Source: Escherichia coli
GTDB lineage: Bacteria > Pseudomonadota > Gammaproteobacteria > Enterobacterales > Enterobacteriaceae
Reading direction: 5' to 3' (one strand)
Length of the DNA: 64,000 bases
Assembly: GCF_003018255.1 (NCBI RefSeq)
Contig: NZ_CP027440.1
A program made the translations under genes and the position numbers. How positions within the stretch are numbered: the stretch's first letter is position 1; every line of letters starts with the position of its first letter. Below the pieces are notes generated by a model, which was given only the letters and a program-made list of their open reading frames with translations, searched no databases and was not told the DNA's origin. Below, in pieces: positions 11,259 to 20,638 of the stretch.

Positions 11259-11989
11259 TTAAGGCTTGCGAAAATAGTCGTCCATTATTTTCGTCAGCTC
11301 CGGACGTTCCCCGTCATCATTGATGGCAAAATCCAGAAAAAAAGCATCTGCTTGCGGCGTTCGGTTTTGCGCCATCAACCGGAAGGTGAGGGGGCCTGAC
11401 CAGGTTTCGGATGGGCTGATGTGCTTATCAGGGCCGAAACTCTCCCATGCGTTGGGCGGTAATGTTTTGCACGCGGTGAGTTTTGGTATGTGGTATTGCA
11501 GCTCTGTTTTGTGCAGACATTCCCCGCCAGGAAATACCAGGGTTTGTTGCTCATCATTAAAATGGGTTGCCGTGCTGAGCACCAGTGTTTTGAGCGGTCG
11601 CCCTTCCAGCGCGGCGGCAGTAGCCTTATGGTGTCCGTCGAGCAGAACGCAGAGATAGGAATCAGGGAGATACCAGGCCAGAGCGCGGGCGATTCCAGTT
11701 TTCGAGAGCAGACAAAAACCGGGCGGCTCCCTGTTCACCCTCCGCAAAACCGCTGTAGACAAATTCCGCACAGGTAGGGCAACCAGCCTCGGACCAGAAA
11801 CGTATTAACGGGACATCCTTGCCAGCAGAGCGAATGGATAAGACCGTGCGAGTGCGGATCGTAAATCACACATTGACGCAGAAATCCTTTCCCGGACTTC
11901 ACCGAAAAAATGACGCCCGCAGCGGTATTTTTCAGCAGACGTACTTCAGGTTTTCGAAAGGGGAAAAAGCATGGCCACTCCTTAGCCAA
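11259..11989 (-). pseudogene. Island gene, apparently frameshifted; C-terminal part has a ParB/Srx-like DGHHK signature
   Basis: A 170-aa ORF (11259-11771, GTG start) and an 84-aa ORF (11735-11989, TTG start) overlap in different frames. The third frame reads protein-like across the overlap (IRFWSEAGCPTCAEFVYSGFAEGEQGAARFLSALENW) but has no start codon. A T5 run sits at the second junction. Confidence 0.4.
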
Positions 11990-12060
11990 AATTTCAGTTC
12001 CCTGAACTGTGCCAGAAAATTACGCTGGTGACTATTGCTCTGGAAATGGAAACAGTGTCC

Positions 12061-12267
12061 TTACCCATTAATCCCCGTTTGTACCGAAAGAATATGTTGC
12101 AAACTTTCTACCATAATGCGCCCCGACTGAAATAAGCCTTCCTGGATTTCATTGTTAACATTCACAGCGTGAACCAGGGAGGCTAATAACACCACTTGCA
12201 AGAAGGCAAAAATAAACGCACCGATAATCATAATATGCGTCAGGGGGATTTTCCTTTGCTCCTTCAT
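12061..12267 (-). CDS. Small single-pass membrane protein (island)
   Basis: 68-aa ORF with a 4-nt ATGA overlap onto the upstream lipoprotein gene. TM segment IMIIGAFIFAFLQVVLLASLV. Confidence 0.5.
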   Translation of the reverse strand: MKEQRKIPLTHIMIIGAFIFAFLQVVLLASLVHAVNVNNEIQEGLFQSGRIMVESLQHILSVQTGING

Positions 12268-12686
12268 TTTAAATAACCCACAAACTGGCCTTCTTTCATT
12301 AAGGCGACTTTTCCTGTGTGATGATAAACAATGACATTATACAGACCCGACTGATAAACCGTGGCATCGGCATTATCTTCATCTATGGCACATAATGAAT
12401 CATTGAGATAAGCAAAATTCTTACTACTCATTCTAAAGGTCATGCCAAATCCTTTATAAATGGCTTTTTTTGCCGCCTGGGCATGTTGTGCGGCTTCTGC
12501 ATTTTTAAATGCCTGCGCTTCAGAAGCACTTAAAATAGCCGTCTGGCGCTGCTGTTCTGCGAGATAACAGGTGTCATGGCTGACGCCCTGCGCCTGACAA
12601 TCTGCGATGCGGGAAGCGGGTGAGCTACAGCCAGCCAGTAATATAACCGCCAGCAGGGAAAAGGATTTAATGGAGCTATTCATCAT
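12264..12686 (-). CDS. Lipoprotein (island), immediately downstream of the adhesin gene
   Basis: 140-aa ORF with signal peptide and lipobox LLAGC (Cys20). Confidence 0.7.
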   Translation of the reverse strand: MMNSSIKSFSLLAVILLAGCSSPASRIADCQAQGVSHDTCYLAEQQRQTAILSASEAQAFKNAEAAQHAQAAKKAIYKGFGMTFRMSSKNFAYLNDSLCAIDEDNADATVYQSGLYNVIVYHHTGKVALMKEGQFVGYLK

Positions 12687-12771
12687 TGTTAACCTTAAAT
12701 AATGTGCGAATTAATGAAGAGGTGAAACCCGGCAAGCTTCCTTGCTCTTATTTATATTGAGGATTGAAATA

Positions 12772-13788
12772 TTAGAACGAATATCCTACGCCGACACCTG
12801 CGCCGAAATCAGATTGCGTATCCGCAGAAATACCGGCTTTAAGTACCGTATGCGTTCCGGCATTAAAAGATGTTCCGACAGACACCGCAGATTCACCGTT
12901 GAAGGTTCCCGCTCCCGCTGACACCATCATCACGTCACCGGTTTTAACCTGTGGTTGTGAGGCGATAGCGATGGCAGATGCAGTTCCCGCATTGGCTTCT
13001 TTACGGTTGTCCTCAACTTCGTTTTTCAGCGAACTGTAATGGTTATTGAGCGTGTTAATTTGTTGGCTGTTATCTGCGACCCGTTTTTGCGTGTTGCTTA
13101 ACTGTTGCTGCGTTTGTGCGGAATCTTGTCTCAGACTTTCAATTTGCTCATGTGCCTGGACAGACTTCTGCGCCAGACTTTGCATTTGTTTATCGTATTG
13201 AGCCCTTTCTTTTTGCTGTTGTGCTGCCACATCGGTTGTCAGTGCATTCATTTTCTGCCCTTGTTCCGTGGTAGTGCGCTGATTAGCCTCATTTTGAGCC
13301 GCCAGTCTGGCATTAATCATCTCCTGATAATGCGCAGTATTTTGCGTATCTCCAGTCGCGGCGAGCGTTTTTTGTGTGGCTACGATCTGCGCCTGTTGCT
13401 CTGTAATTTGCGTTTGCTGGGCATCAGTTACCGCAGACTGTCGGGCGTTGATCATGCTCTGATAACGGGCAGGTGTCTGTGTATCACCTGTAGCGGCAAC
13501 GGTTTTTTGTCCTGCGTCAGGATCTGTCTGGACAGTGGGAGTCTGAGTGGTATCAGGTGTTTCAGAAGGGATGTAGTGATGTTCAGTCAAATAGGTATAC
13601 GCAGCGGGGCTGTTGTCTGTGCGTTCTAAAAAGCGGGTAATCTTCTGCTCAATCTCCGATTGCGACATGCCAGAGTTAATGGCTGAAAGCTCTGTTGCCG
13701 CCGCTTCAATGGTATCACCAGCTAAAACAACAGGGCTGGATGTTGCTGAAATTATGAGTGCCAGTAAAGCTACGTTTACAGTTTTCAT
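12772..13788 (-). CDS. Short trimeric autotransporter adhesin (YadA-like C-terminal anchor, Gln-rich coiled-coil passenger)
   Basis: 338-aa ORF with a signal peptide (..VVLA|GD). The C-terminus ANAGTASAIAIASQPQ...AGAGTFNGESAVSVGTSF...GVGVGYSF is a typical YadA anchor. A 45-aa tandem repeat spans aa 94-183. No head or neck repeats were seen. Confidence 0.85.
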   Translation of the reverse strand: MKTVNVALLALIISATSSPVVLAGDTIEAAATELSAINSGMSQSEIEQKITRFLERTDNSPAAYTYLTEHHYIPSETPDTTQTPTVQTDPDAGQKTVAATGDTQTPARYQSMINARQSAVTDAQQTQITEQQAQIVATQKTLAATGDTQNTAHYQEMINARLAAQNEANQRTTTEQGQKMNALTTDVAAQQQKERAQYDKQMQSLAQKSVQAHEQIESLRQDSAQTQQQLSNTQKRVADNSQQINTLNNHYSSLKNEVEDNRKEANAGTASAIAIASQPQVKTGDVMMVSAGAGTFNGESAVSVGTSFNAGTHTVLKAGISADTQSDFGAGVGVGYSF

Positions 13789-13821
13789 TCATTTTCTCTT
13801 GTTCAAAATAAGTCGCATTAA

Positions 13822-13970
13822 TGTTTCTATAAGAAACAAATAATATTATTTTAAGAAATAAACTGCGTTGCAATTTAATCGAAATCTACGCCGCCATTTG
13901 TGTGATGTAAAGCGCATTTTTGTCTGGTGTAAGCGTAAACACCACCAATAAGAAACAAAAAATGTTTCTT
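13822..13970. promoter_or_regulatory. AT-rich adhesin promoter region with two palindromes built on the half-site AGAAACA
   Basis: TGTTTCT-ATA-AGAAACA (13822-13838) and AAGAAACA-AAAAA-TGTTTCTT (13950-13970). Both lie in the 365-bp gap between the divergent adhesin and HTH-like genes. Confidence 0.35.
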
Positions 13971-14154
13971 ATATAAATAAAATCGAAAATCATTTTGTGC
14001 TCTTTCAATGTAAAAAAGAGTAAAGACTTGTTTTGATAAGCGAAATAAATTCTGTTTCTGGACTAAACGTGAAGCGGTTCCTGATGTGTGCTAAAATGCG
14101 TTTCTTTGATAAATCTCAATTTTTAAGAGGTTTACGCCAGGCAGGAAAATTTAA

Positions 14155-14517
14155 ATGAATGAATTTGAGAAGATTTTTAATGAAATGAATCTGGACCGGG
14201 CATTGTTACCGATCCTTTTTCGTTCGAACCGGTCGACAGTGTGGAAGTATTTAAGCGGCGATAGTACGGCTCCTGCCTCTGCCATGTCGCTGATCATGCT
14301 GTTGCAGTTGATCCAGAAACGAAACCCCGATCTGTTAGCCGAATGGTTAACGCTTTCTGATTTCACCATTCCGCCAGAAGTTTACCTGGACCAACCTGAT
14401 TACTGGAAAGGGTGGGTGTATACCCAACACAAGGTCAATAAAAACGTCCTGGAATATCTAAAAAAACACTATCCGGATGAAGACCAAAAAAGTATGGGTA
14501 AAGGCCGGGAAGAGTAA
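14155..14517 (+). CDS. Hypothetical protein with a possible HTH (island), divergent from the adhesin operon
   Basis: 120-aa ORF. The segment ILFRSNRSTVWKYLSGDS resembles an HTH. No family was recognised. Confidence 0.5.
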   Translation: MNEFEKIFNEMNLDRALLPILFRSNRSTVWKYLSGDSTAPASAMSLIMLLQLIQKRNPDLLAEWLTLSDFTIPPEVYLDQPDYWKGWVYTQHKVNKNVLEYLKKHYPDEDQKSMGKGREE

Positions 14518-14539
14518 TTTTGCCTCTACTCGGCTATAT

Positions 14540-14625
14540 GCCGGATGCGGCGCAAGCGCCTTATCTGGCCTACGATTCGGGCATATTTTGTAGGCATGAT
14601 AAGACGCGCCAGCGTCGCATCAGGC
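14540..14625. repeat. BIME: two inverted REP elements
   Basis: GCCGGATGCGGCGCAAGCGCCTTATCTGGCCTAC (14540-14573) and GTAGGCATGATAAGACGCGCCAGCGTCGCATCAGGC (14590-14625). The second overlaps the ybbJ stop. Confidence 0.7.
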
Positions 14626-15078
14626 GATGACCGCACGGATAATCAGCGTTATCCCTTCTATCGCAATCACCTCAACATGCGTACCTGCACTGAGATCCTC
14701 GCTGGCGCTGACAGGCCATGAACTGTCACCGACGCGCATATGACCACGCCCGTTGACCAGCGGAGATTCCAGAACAAAACGTCGGCCAATCAACTGCTGC
14801 CCGCGCTGGTTTAAATGACTGTCGCTGTGCTTTTGTTCGCGCACCCGCCGCGACAACCATTTCCACCACAGCCAGGCGGCGAGCAGCGTCAGGACGGCAA
14901 ACATTACCCCTTGCCACTCCCAACCCAGCGGCAGCAACCAGACCACCAGACCGGTAATCACCGCTGCCACGCCGCTCCACAACAGATAACCATTGCCGCC
15001 CAACATCTCGGCTGCCAGCAGCAAACCGCCGAGACTTAGCCAGAAAATATGTGGATGAACGACCATTAACTCCATCAT
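14620..15078 (-). CDS. ybbJ: NfeD-family inner-membrane protein (partner of QmcA)
   Basis: 152-aa ORF matching YbbJ; overlaps the qmcA stop. Confidence 0.9.
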   Translation of the reverse strand: MMELMVVHPHIFWLSLGGLLLAAEMLGGNGYLLWSGVAAVITGLVVWLLPLGWEWQGVMFAVLTLLAAWLWWKWLSRRVREQKHSDSHLNQRGQQLIGRRFVLESPLVNGRGHMRVGDSSWPVSASEDLSAGTHVEVIAIEGITLIIRAVIA

Positions 15079-15992
15079 GGCTGAGTCCGTTTGTTGGCGC
15101 TGTCTTTCACCAGCTCAGCAATCCCGGCAATCGACCCCATCAGGCTGCTGGCCTCTAATGGCATCATCACCACTTTGCTGTTACTGGACGAACCGATCTG
15201 CTGTAACGCTTCGGTGTATTTCTGTGCGACGAAGTAGTTCACCGCCTGAATATCACCGGAGGCAATGGCTTCAGACACCATTTTAGTGGCGCGGGCTTCT
15301 GCTTCAGCGGAACGTTCACGCGCTTCAGCCTGTAAAAACGCCGACTGACGTTCGCCTTCCGCTTTCAGGATTTGCGACTGTTTTTCACCTTCGGCTTTGA
15401 GGATTTCCGCCTGACGGATCCCTTCCGCTTCAAGGATGTAAGCGCGTTTGGTACGTTCCGCTTTCATCTGCGCGTTCATTGAAGAGATAAGCTCTGCCGG
15501 TGGGCGCACGTCGCGAATTTCAATACGGGTGACTTTAATCCCCCACGGGTTGGTGGCCTCATCGACAATACGCAGCAGGCGTGAGTTGATGCTGTCGCGC
15601 TGAGAGAGCATTTCGTCAAGTTCCATTGAACCCAGCACGGTACGGATGTTAGTCATGGTCAGGTTGATGATCGCCAGCTCCAGATTGCTGACTTCATAAG
15701 CCGCGCGCGGCGCGTCAATCACCTGAATAAAGCACACGGCGTCGATGGTAACGTTGGCGTTATCTTTCGAGATAACTTCCTGGGAAGGGATATCGAGCAC
15801 TTGCTCCATCATATTGATCTTGCGACCAATGCGATCCATAAACGGCACCACCAGACTGAGCCCCGGCTGTAACGTTTTGGTATAGCGACCAAAACGTTCT
15901 ACTGTCCACTGATAGCCCTGCGGCACGATTTTGACGCCCGCGCCGACAATGACCAGCGCGACAAAAATGAGAATCGGGATAAAGATAAGCAT
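15075..15992 (-). CDS. qmcA: SPFH/stomatin-family protein
   Basis: 305-aa ORF with an N-terminal TM and a PHB domain. Matches QmcA (YbbK). Confidence 0.95.
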   Translation of the reverse strand: MLIFIPILIFVALVIVGAGVKIVPQGYQWTVERFGRYTKTLQPGLSLVVPFMDRIGRKINMMEQVLDIPSQEVISKDNANVTIDAVCFIQVIDAPRAAYEVSNLELAIINLTMTNIRTVLGSMELDEMLSQRDSINSRLLRIVDEATNPWGIKVTRIEIRDVRPPAELISSMNAQMKAERTKRAYILEAEGIRQAEILKAEGEKQSQILKAEGERQSAFLQAEARERSAEAEARATKMVSEAIASGDIQAVNYFVAQKYTEALQQIGSSSNSKVVMMPLEASSLMGSIAGIAELVKDSANKRTQP

Positions 15993-16137
15993 CGGAAAAA
16001 CCTCCTGTTGTACCGTCCATAATCAGCAAAATTGCTGCTTGATTAAACAAATTATACCTGATTACTGAAAGAGAGTTCCCCCTTATTCCTGCGAAGGATA
16101 AACTGTTTTTAGTAAAAATCAGAAAAAGGGAACAGTG

Positions 16138-16815
16138 ATGCAGGAAAATAGTCCTTTGCTTCAGCTACAAAACGTAGGATATCTGGCGGGTGATGCGAAG
16201 ATTCTTAATAACATCAATTTTTCGCTGCGTGCTGGCGAATTTAAGTTAATTACCGGTCCTTCTGGTTGTGGCAAAAGTACGCTGCTAAAAATAGTTGCTT
16301 CATTGATCAGCCCAACCAGCGGAACGTTACTGTTTGAAGGTGAGGATGTCAGCACACTAAAGCCAGAAATCTACCGCCAGCAAGTCTCTTATTGCGCCCA
16401 GACGCCGACGCTGTTTGGCGACACGGTATACGATAATCTGATCTTTCCCTGGCAGATCCGTAACCAGCAGCCTGACCCAGCCATTTTTCTCGATTTTCTC
16501 GAACGCTTCGCCTTACCGGACACCATTTTGACGAAGAATATCGCCGAGCTATCTGGTGGTGAAAAACAACGCATCTCATTGATTCGTAACCTGCAATTTA
16601 TGCCGAAGGTTTTATTGCTGGATGAAATAACCAGTGCGCTGGACGAAAGTAATAAACATAACGTTAATGAGATGATCCACCGTTATGTGCGCGAGCAAAA
16701 TATTGCCGTGCTGTGGGTGACACACGATAAAGACGAAATTAATCATGCGGATAAAGTGATTACACTGCAACCGCATGCCGGAGAAATGCAGGAAGCACGC
16801 TATGAACTCGCATAA
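16138..16815 (+). CDS. fetA: ABC ATP-binding protein of the FetAB iron exporter
   Basis: Walker A GPSGCGKST, signature LSGGEKQR. ATG at 16138 gives 225 aa; the ORF track starts one codon earlier at GTG. Confidence 0.9.
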   Translation: MQENSPLLQLQNVGYLAGDAKILNNINFSLRAGEFKLITGPSGCGKSTLLKIVASLISPTSGTLLFEGEDVSTLKPEIYRQQVSYCAQTPTLFGDTVYDNLIFPWQIRNQQPDPAIFLDFLERFALPDTILTKNIAELSGGEKQRISLIRNLQFMPKVLLLDEITSALDESNKHNVNEMIHRYVREQNIAVLWVTHDKDEINHADKVITLQPHAGEMQEARYELA

Positions 16816-17581
16816 TATTACTAACGAATCATTAGCACTGGCATTGATGCTGGTGGTGGTGGCAATCTTAATTAGCCATAAAGAAAAACTGGCGCTGGAG
16901 AAAGATATTCTCTGGAGCGTCGGGCGCGCGATAATCCAGCTGATTATTGTCGGCTATGTGCTGAAGTATATTTTCAGCGTGGATGATGCCAGCCTGACAT
17001 TATTGATGGTGTTATTTATCTGCTTTAATGCGGCGTGGAACGCGCAAAAACGCAGTAAATATATTGCTAAAGCTTTTATCTCATCGTTTATTGCCATTAC
17101 GGTCGGGGCGGGAATTACCCTGGCGGTGCTGATTCTCTCAGGGTCGATTGAATTTATCCCGATGCAGGTGATCCCTATCGCCGGGATGATAGCCGGCAAC
17201 GCCATGGTAGCGGTGGGGTTGTGTTACAACAATTTAGGGCAACGGGTCATTAGCGAACAGCAACAGATTCAGGAGAAACTGAGTCTTGGCGCGACGCCGA
17301 AACAGGCTTCAGCGATATTGATTCGCGACAGTATTCGCGCGGCTTTAATTCCGACGGTCGATTCAGCAAAAACGGTAGGCTTAGTGAGTTTACCAGGAAT
17401 GATGTCCGGGCTGATATTTGCCGGGATTGATCCGGTGAAGGCGATTAAATATCAGATTATGGTGACCTTTATGCTGCTCTCAACCGCCAGCTTGTCGACC
17501 ATTATTGCCTGCTATTTAACCTATCGTAAGTTTTACAATTCGCGCCACCAATTGGTGGTGACGCAATTGAAGAAGAAATGA
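16802..17581 (+). CDS. fetB: FetAB iron exporter permease
   Basis: Polytopic ORF. MNSHNITNES start at 16802 gives 259 aa as in K-12 and overlaps the fetA end. Confidence 0.9.
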   Translation: MNSHNITNESLALALMLVVVAILISHKEKLALEKDILWSVGRAIIQLIIVGYVLKYIFSVDDASLTLLMVLFICFNAAWNAQKRSKYIAKAFISSFIAITVGAGITLAVLILSGSIEFIPMQVIPIAGMIAGNAMVAVGLCYNNLGQRVISEQQQIQEKLSLGATPKQASAILIRDSIRAALIPTVDSAKTVGLVSLPGMMSGLIFAGIDPVKAIKYQIMVTFMLLSTASLSTIIACYLTYRKFYNSRHQLVVTQLKKK

Positions 17582-17582
17582 T

Positions 17583-17613
17583 GCGATGCCGGACGCGCAG
17601 CATCGCATCCGGC
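17583..17613. repeat. REP-like element between fetB and cnoX
   Basis: GCGATGCCGGACGCGCAGCATCGCATCCGGC contains the GCCGGATGCG REP core on the reverse strand. Confidence 0.5.
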
Positions 17614-17643
17614 GTTGTGGTTCATGTGCCGATCAACGGAAAC

Positions 17644-18540
<897 letters not shown>

Positions 18541-18558
18541 TTAAGCGCGCGCTTCAAC

Positions 18559-19368
18559 TCACCCCTGCAATATTTTGTCCATCACGCGCCCCGGCAGCAG
18601 GCGCTTAAGCACCATTACCGCCCAGGTCACCAGCGTTACCGGATAGCGCATCTTCGGCTTCTCGCTAATAAAAGCATGGCGTACTTTGTCCACCACCGCT
18701 TCCGGTCCCAACGTAAAGCGGGCGGCGATGCCGGGATTTTCGACTGGTTTATCACTTTGCGTCTGGTTGACGTTGTCGGTGAAGCGAGTACGAATGGGAC
18801 CGGGTTCGATCAGGCTGACTTTAATTCCACAGTGGCGTAGCTCCATGCGCAGCGCGTCTGACCACGCCTCCAGCGCATATTTACTGGCCGCGTAAGCACC
18901 ACGACCCGGCGTGGAGATTAATCCCATCACCGATGAGGTCATCACAATACGCCCTTCACCGTGCGGTAACATCGCGGGTAACAGGCGCATGGTGAGCTGG
19001 TGTGCGCCGAAAAAGTTGGCGGAAAACTGCTGTTCCATCTGCGCACGGCTGATGGTGGAAAGGGGGCCATACATGCCGAATCCGGCATTGTTAAAGATCC
19101 CATACAGACAATTATCGGTCAGGGCGATCACCTCGTTGGCTGCGCGATCAACACTTTCTGGTGAATCCAGATCGATCAACACGCCGGTAAATCCCATGCT
19201 GTTCATGCGCTCAACATCATCCGGTTTCCGGCAACCTGCCAGCACATGAAAACCCTGGCGTTTTAATTCGAGCGCGCTTTCCAGGCCAATTCCACTGGAA
19301 CATCCGGTAATTAAGACCGATTTTTGCATAACTTTACCTGTCAGGATCTCCGTTGCTTTATGAGTCAT
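18559..19368 (-). CDS. ybbO: Short-chain dehydrogenase/reductase (NADP-dependent aldehyde reductase)
   Basis: 269-aa ORF with TGCSSGIG cofactor motif and YAASK catalytic motif. Confidence 0.9.
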   Translation of the reverse strand: MTHKATEILTGKVMQKSVLITGCSSGIGLESALELKRQGFHVLAGCRKPDDVERMNSMGFTGVLIDLDSPESVDRAANEVIALTDNCLYGIFNNAGFGMYGPLSTISRAQMEQQFSANFFGAHQLTMRLLPAMLPHGEGRIVMTSSVMGLISTPGRGAYAASKYALEAWSDALRMELRHCGIKVSLIEPGPIRTRFTDNVNQTQSDKPVENPGIAARFTLGPEAVVDKVRHAFISEKPKMRYPVTLVTWAVMVLKRLLPGRVMDKILQG

Positions 19369-19984
19369 GATTTACTAAAGGCTGCAACTGCTTCGCCATC
19401 CAGTCGGCAATAAACGGCTGGGCGTCGCGGTTGGGATGAATACCGTCATCCTGCATCCATTGTGGTTTGAGGTAGACCTCTTCCATAAAAAAGGGCAGCA
19501 GCGGAACATCAAACTCTTTGGCGAGTTTGGGGTAAATGGCGCTAAAGGCTTCATTATAACGGCGACCATAGTTTGCAGGCAGACGTATTTGCATTAACAA
19601 TGGTTCAGCGTTGGCGGCTTTGACATCCTGCAATATCTGGCGCAGCGTTTGCTCGGTTTGTTGTGGCTGAAAACCACGCAAACCGTCATTGCCGCCCAGT
19701 TCTACCAGCACCCAGCGCGGCTGATGCTGTTTCAGCAGAGCCGGAAGGCGCGCCAGCCCTTGTTGCGAGGTGTCGCCGCTGATGCTGGCATTGACTACCG
19801 ACGTTTTACTCTGCCACTTATCGTTCAACAAGGCAGGCCAGGCCGCGCTGGCAGACATTCGATACCCGGCGCTCAGGCTATCACCCAGAATCAATAACGT
19901 GTCCGCTGCGGCGGCACGGAAGGTTAACAGGACCAGGAACAGGAAGGGCAAATGCCAGCGGAAAACATTGTTGAAGTTCATCAT
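19358..19984 (-). CDS. tesA: Acyl-CoA thioesterase I / lysophospholipase L1 (SGNH hydrolase)
   Basis: GDSLSAGY block. MMNFNN start at 19984 gives 208 aa. Confidence 0.95.
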   Translation of the reverse strand: MMNFNNVFRWHLPFLFLVLLTFRAAAADTLLILGDSLSAGYRMSASAAWPALLNDKWQSKTSVVNASISGDTSQQGLARLPALLKQHQPRWVLVELGGNDGLRGFQPQQTEQTLRQILQDVKAANAEPLLMQIRLPANYGRRYNEAFSAIYPKLAKEFDVPLLPFFMEEVYLKPQWMQDDGIHPNRDAQPFIADWMAKQLQPLVNHDS

Positions 19985-20638
19985 CTTAAGAAGTCCGTCG
20001 GTCAGGGGGAGCATGAACTCTCCATCCTCACCGGAGTTGAGCTGGTTGTCAAACGTGGCGAGACCATCGCACTGGTGGGCGAGTCGGGATCGGGTAAGTC
20101 AACTTTGCTGGCGATCCTCGCCGGGCTGGATGACGGCAGCAGTGGCGAAGTGAGTCTGGTGGGACAACCGCTACATAATATGGACGAAGAAGCGCGGGCA
20201 AAGTTGCGCGCGAAGCACGTCGGCTTTGTTTTTCAGTCATTTATGTTAATTCCTACCCTTAACGCGCTGGAAAACGTCGAGCTTCCGGCGCTGCTGCGCG
20301 GTGAGAGTAGCGCGGAAAGTCGTAACGGGGCGAAAGCGTTGCTCGAACAGTTAGGGCTGGGTAAACGTCTGGATCATCTTCCGGCACAGCTTTCCGGCGG
20401 TGAACAGCAACGAGTGGCGCTGGCACGAGCCTTTAACGGTCGACCTGATGTGCTGTTTGCCGACGAACCCACCGGCAATCTTGACCGACAGACGGGCGAT
20501 AAAATTGCCGACCTGCTATTTTCCCTCAACCGTGAGCATGGCACCACGTTGATTATGGTGACCCACGACCTGCAACTGGCGGCACGCTGCGACCGCTGCT
20601 TACGGCTGGTGAACGGGCAATTGCAGGAGGAAGCATGA
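19952..20638 (+). CDS. ybbA: ABC transporter ATP-binding protein
   Basis: 228-aa ORF with Walker A GESGSGKST and LSGGEQQR. Divergent from tesA and overlapping it. Confidence 0.9.
   Translation: MPAENIVEVHHLKKSVGQGEHELSILTGVELVVKRGETIALVGESGSGKSTLLAILAGLDDGSSGEVSLVGQPLHNMDEEARAKLRAKHVGFVFQSFMLIPTLNALENVELPALLRGESSAESRNGAKALLEQLGLGKRLDHLPAQLSGGEQQRVALARAFNGRPDVLFADEPTGNLDRQTGDKIADLLFSLNREHGTTLIMVTHDLQLAARCDRCLRLVNGQLQEEA

Noticed and set aside
16775-16801. Upstream extensions of several ORF-track entries (fetB, gcl, allB, cnoX, tesA, allC, glxK, ybbY, capsid, IS orfA)
   Set aside because: The extended N-termini start at non-ATG or poorly placed codons, overlap terminators or neighbouring genes, and disagree with the K-12 protein lengths I recall. 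I used the internal starts that have an SD.
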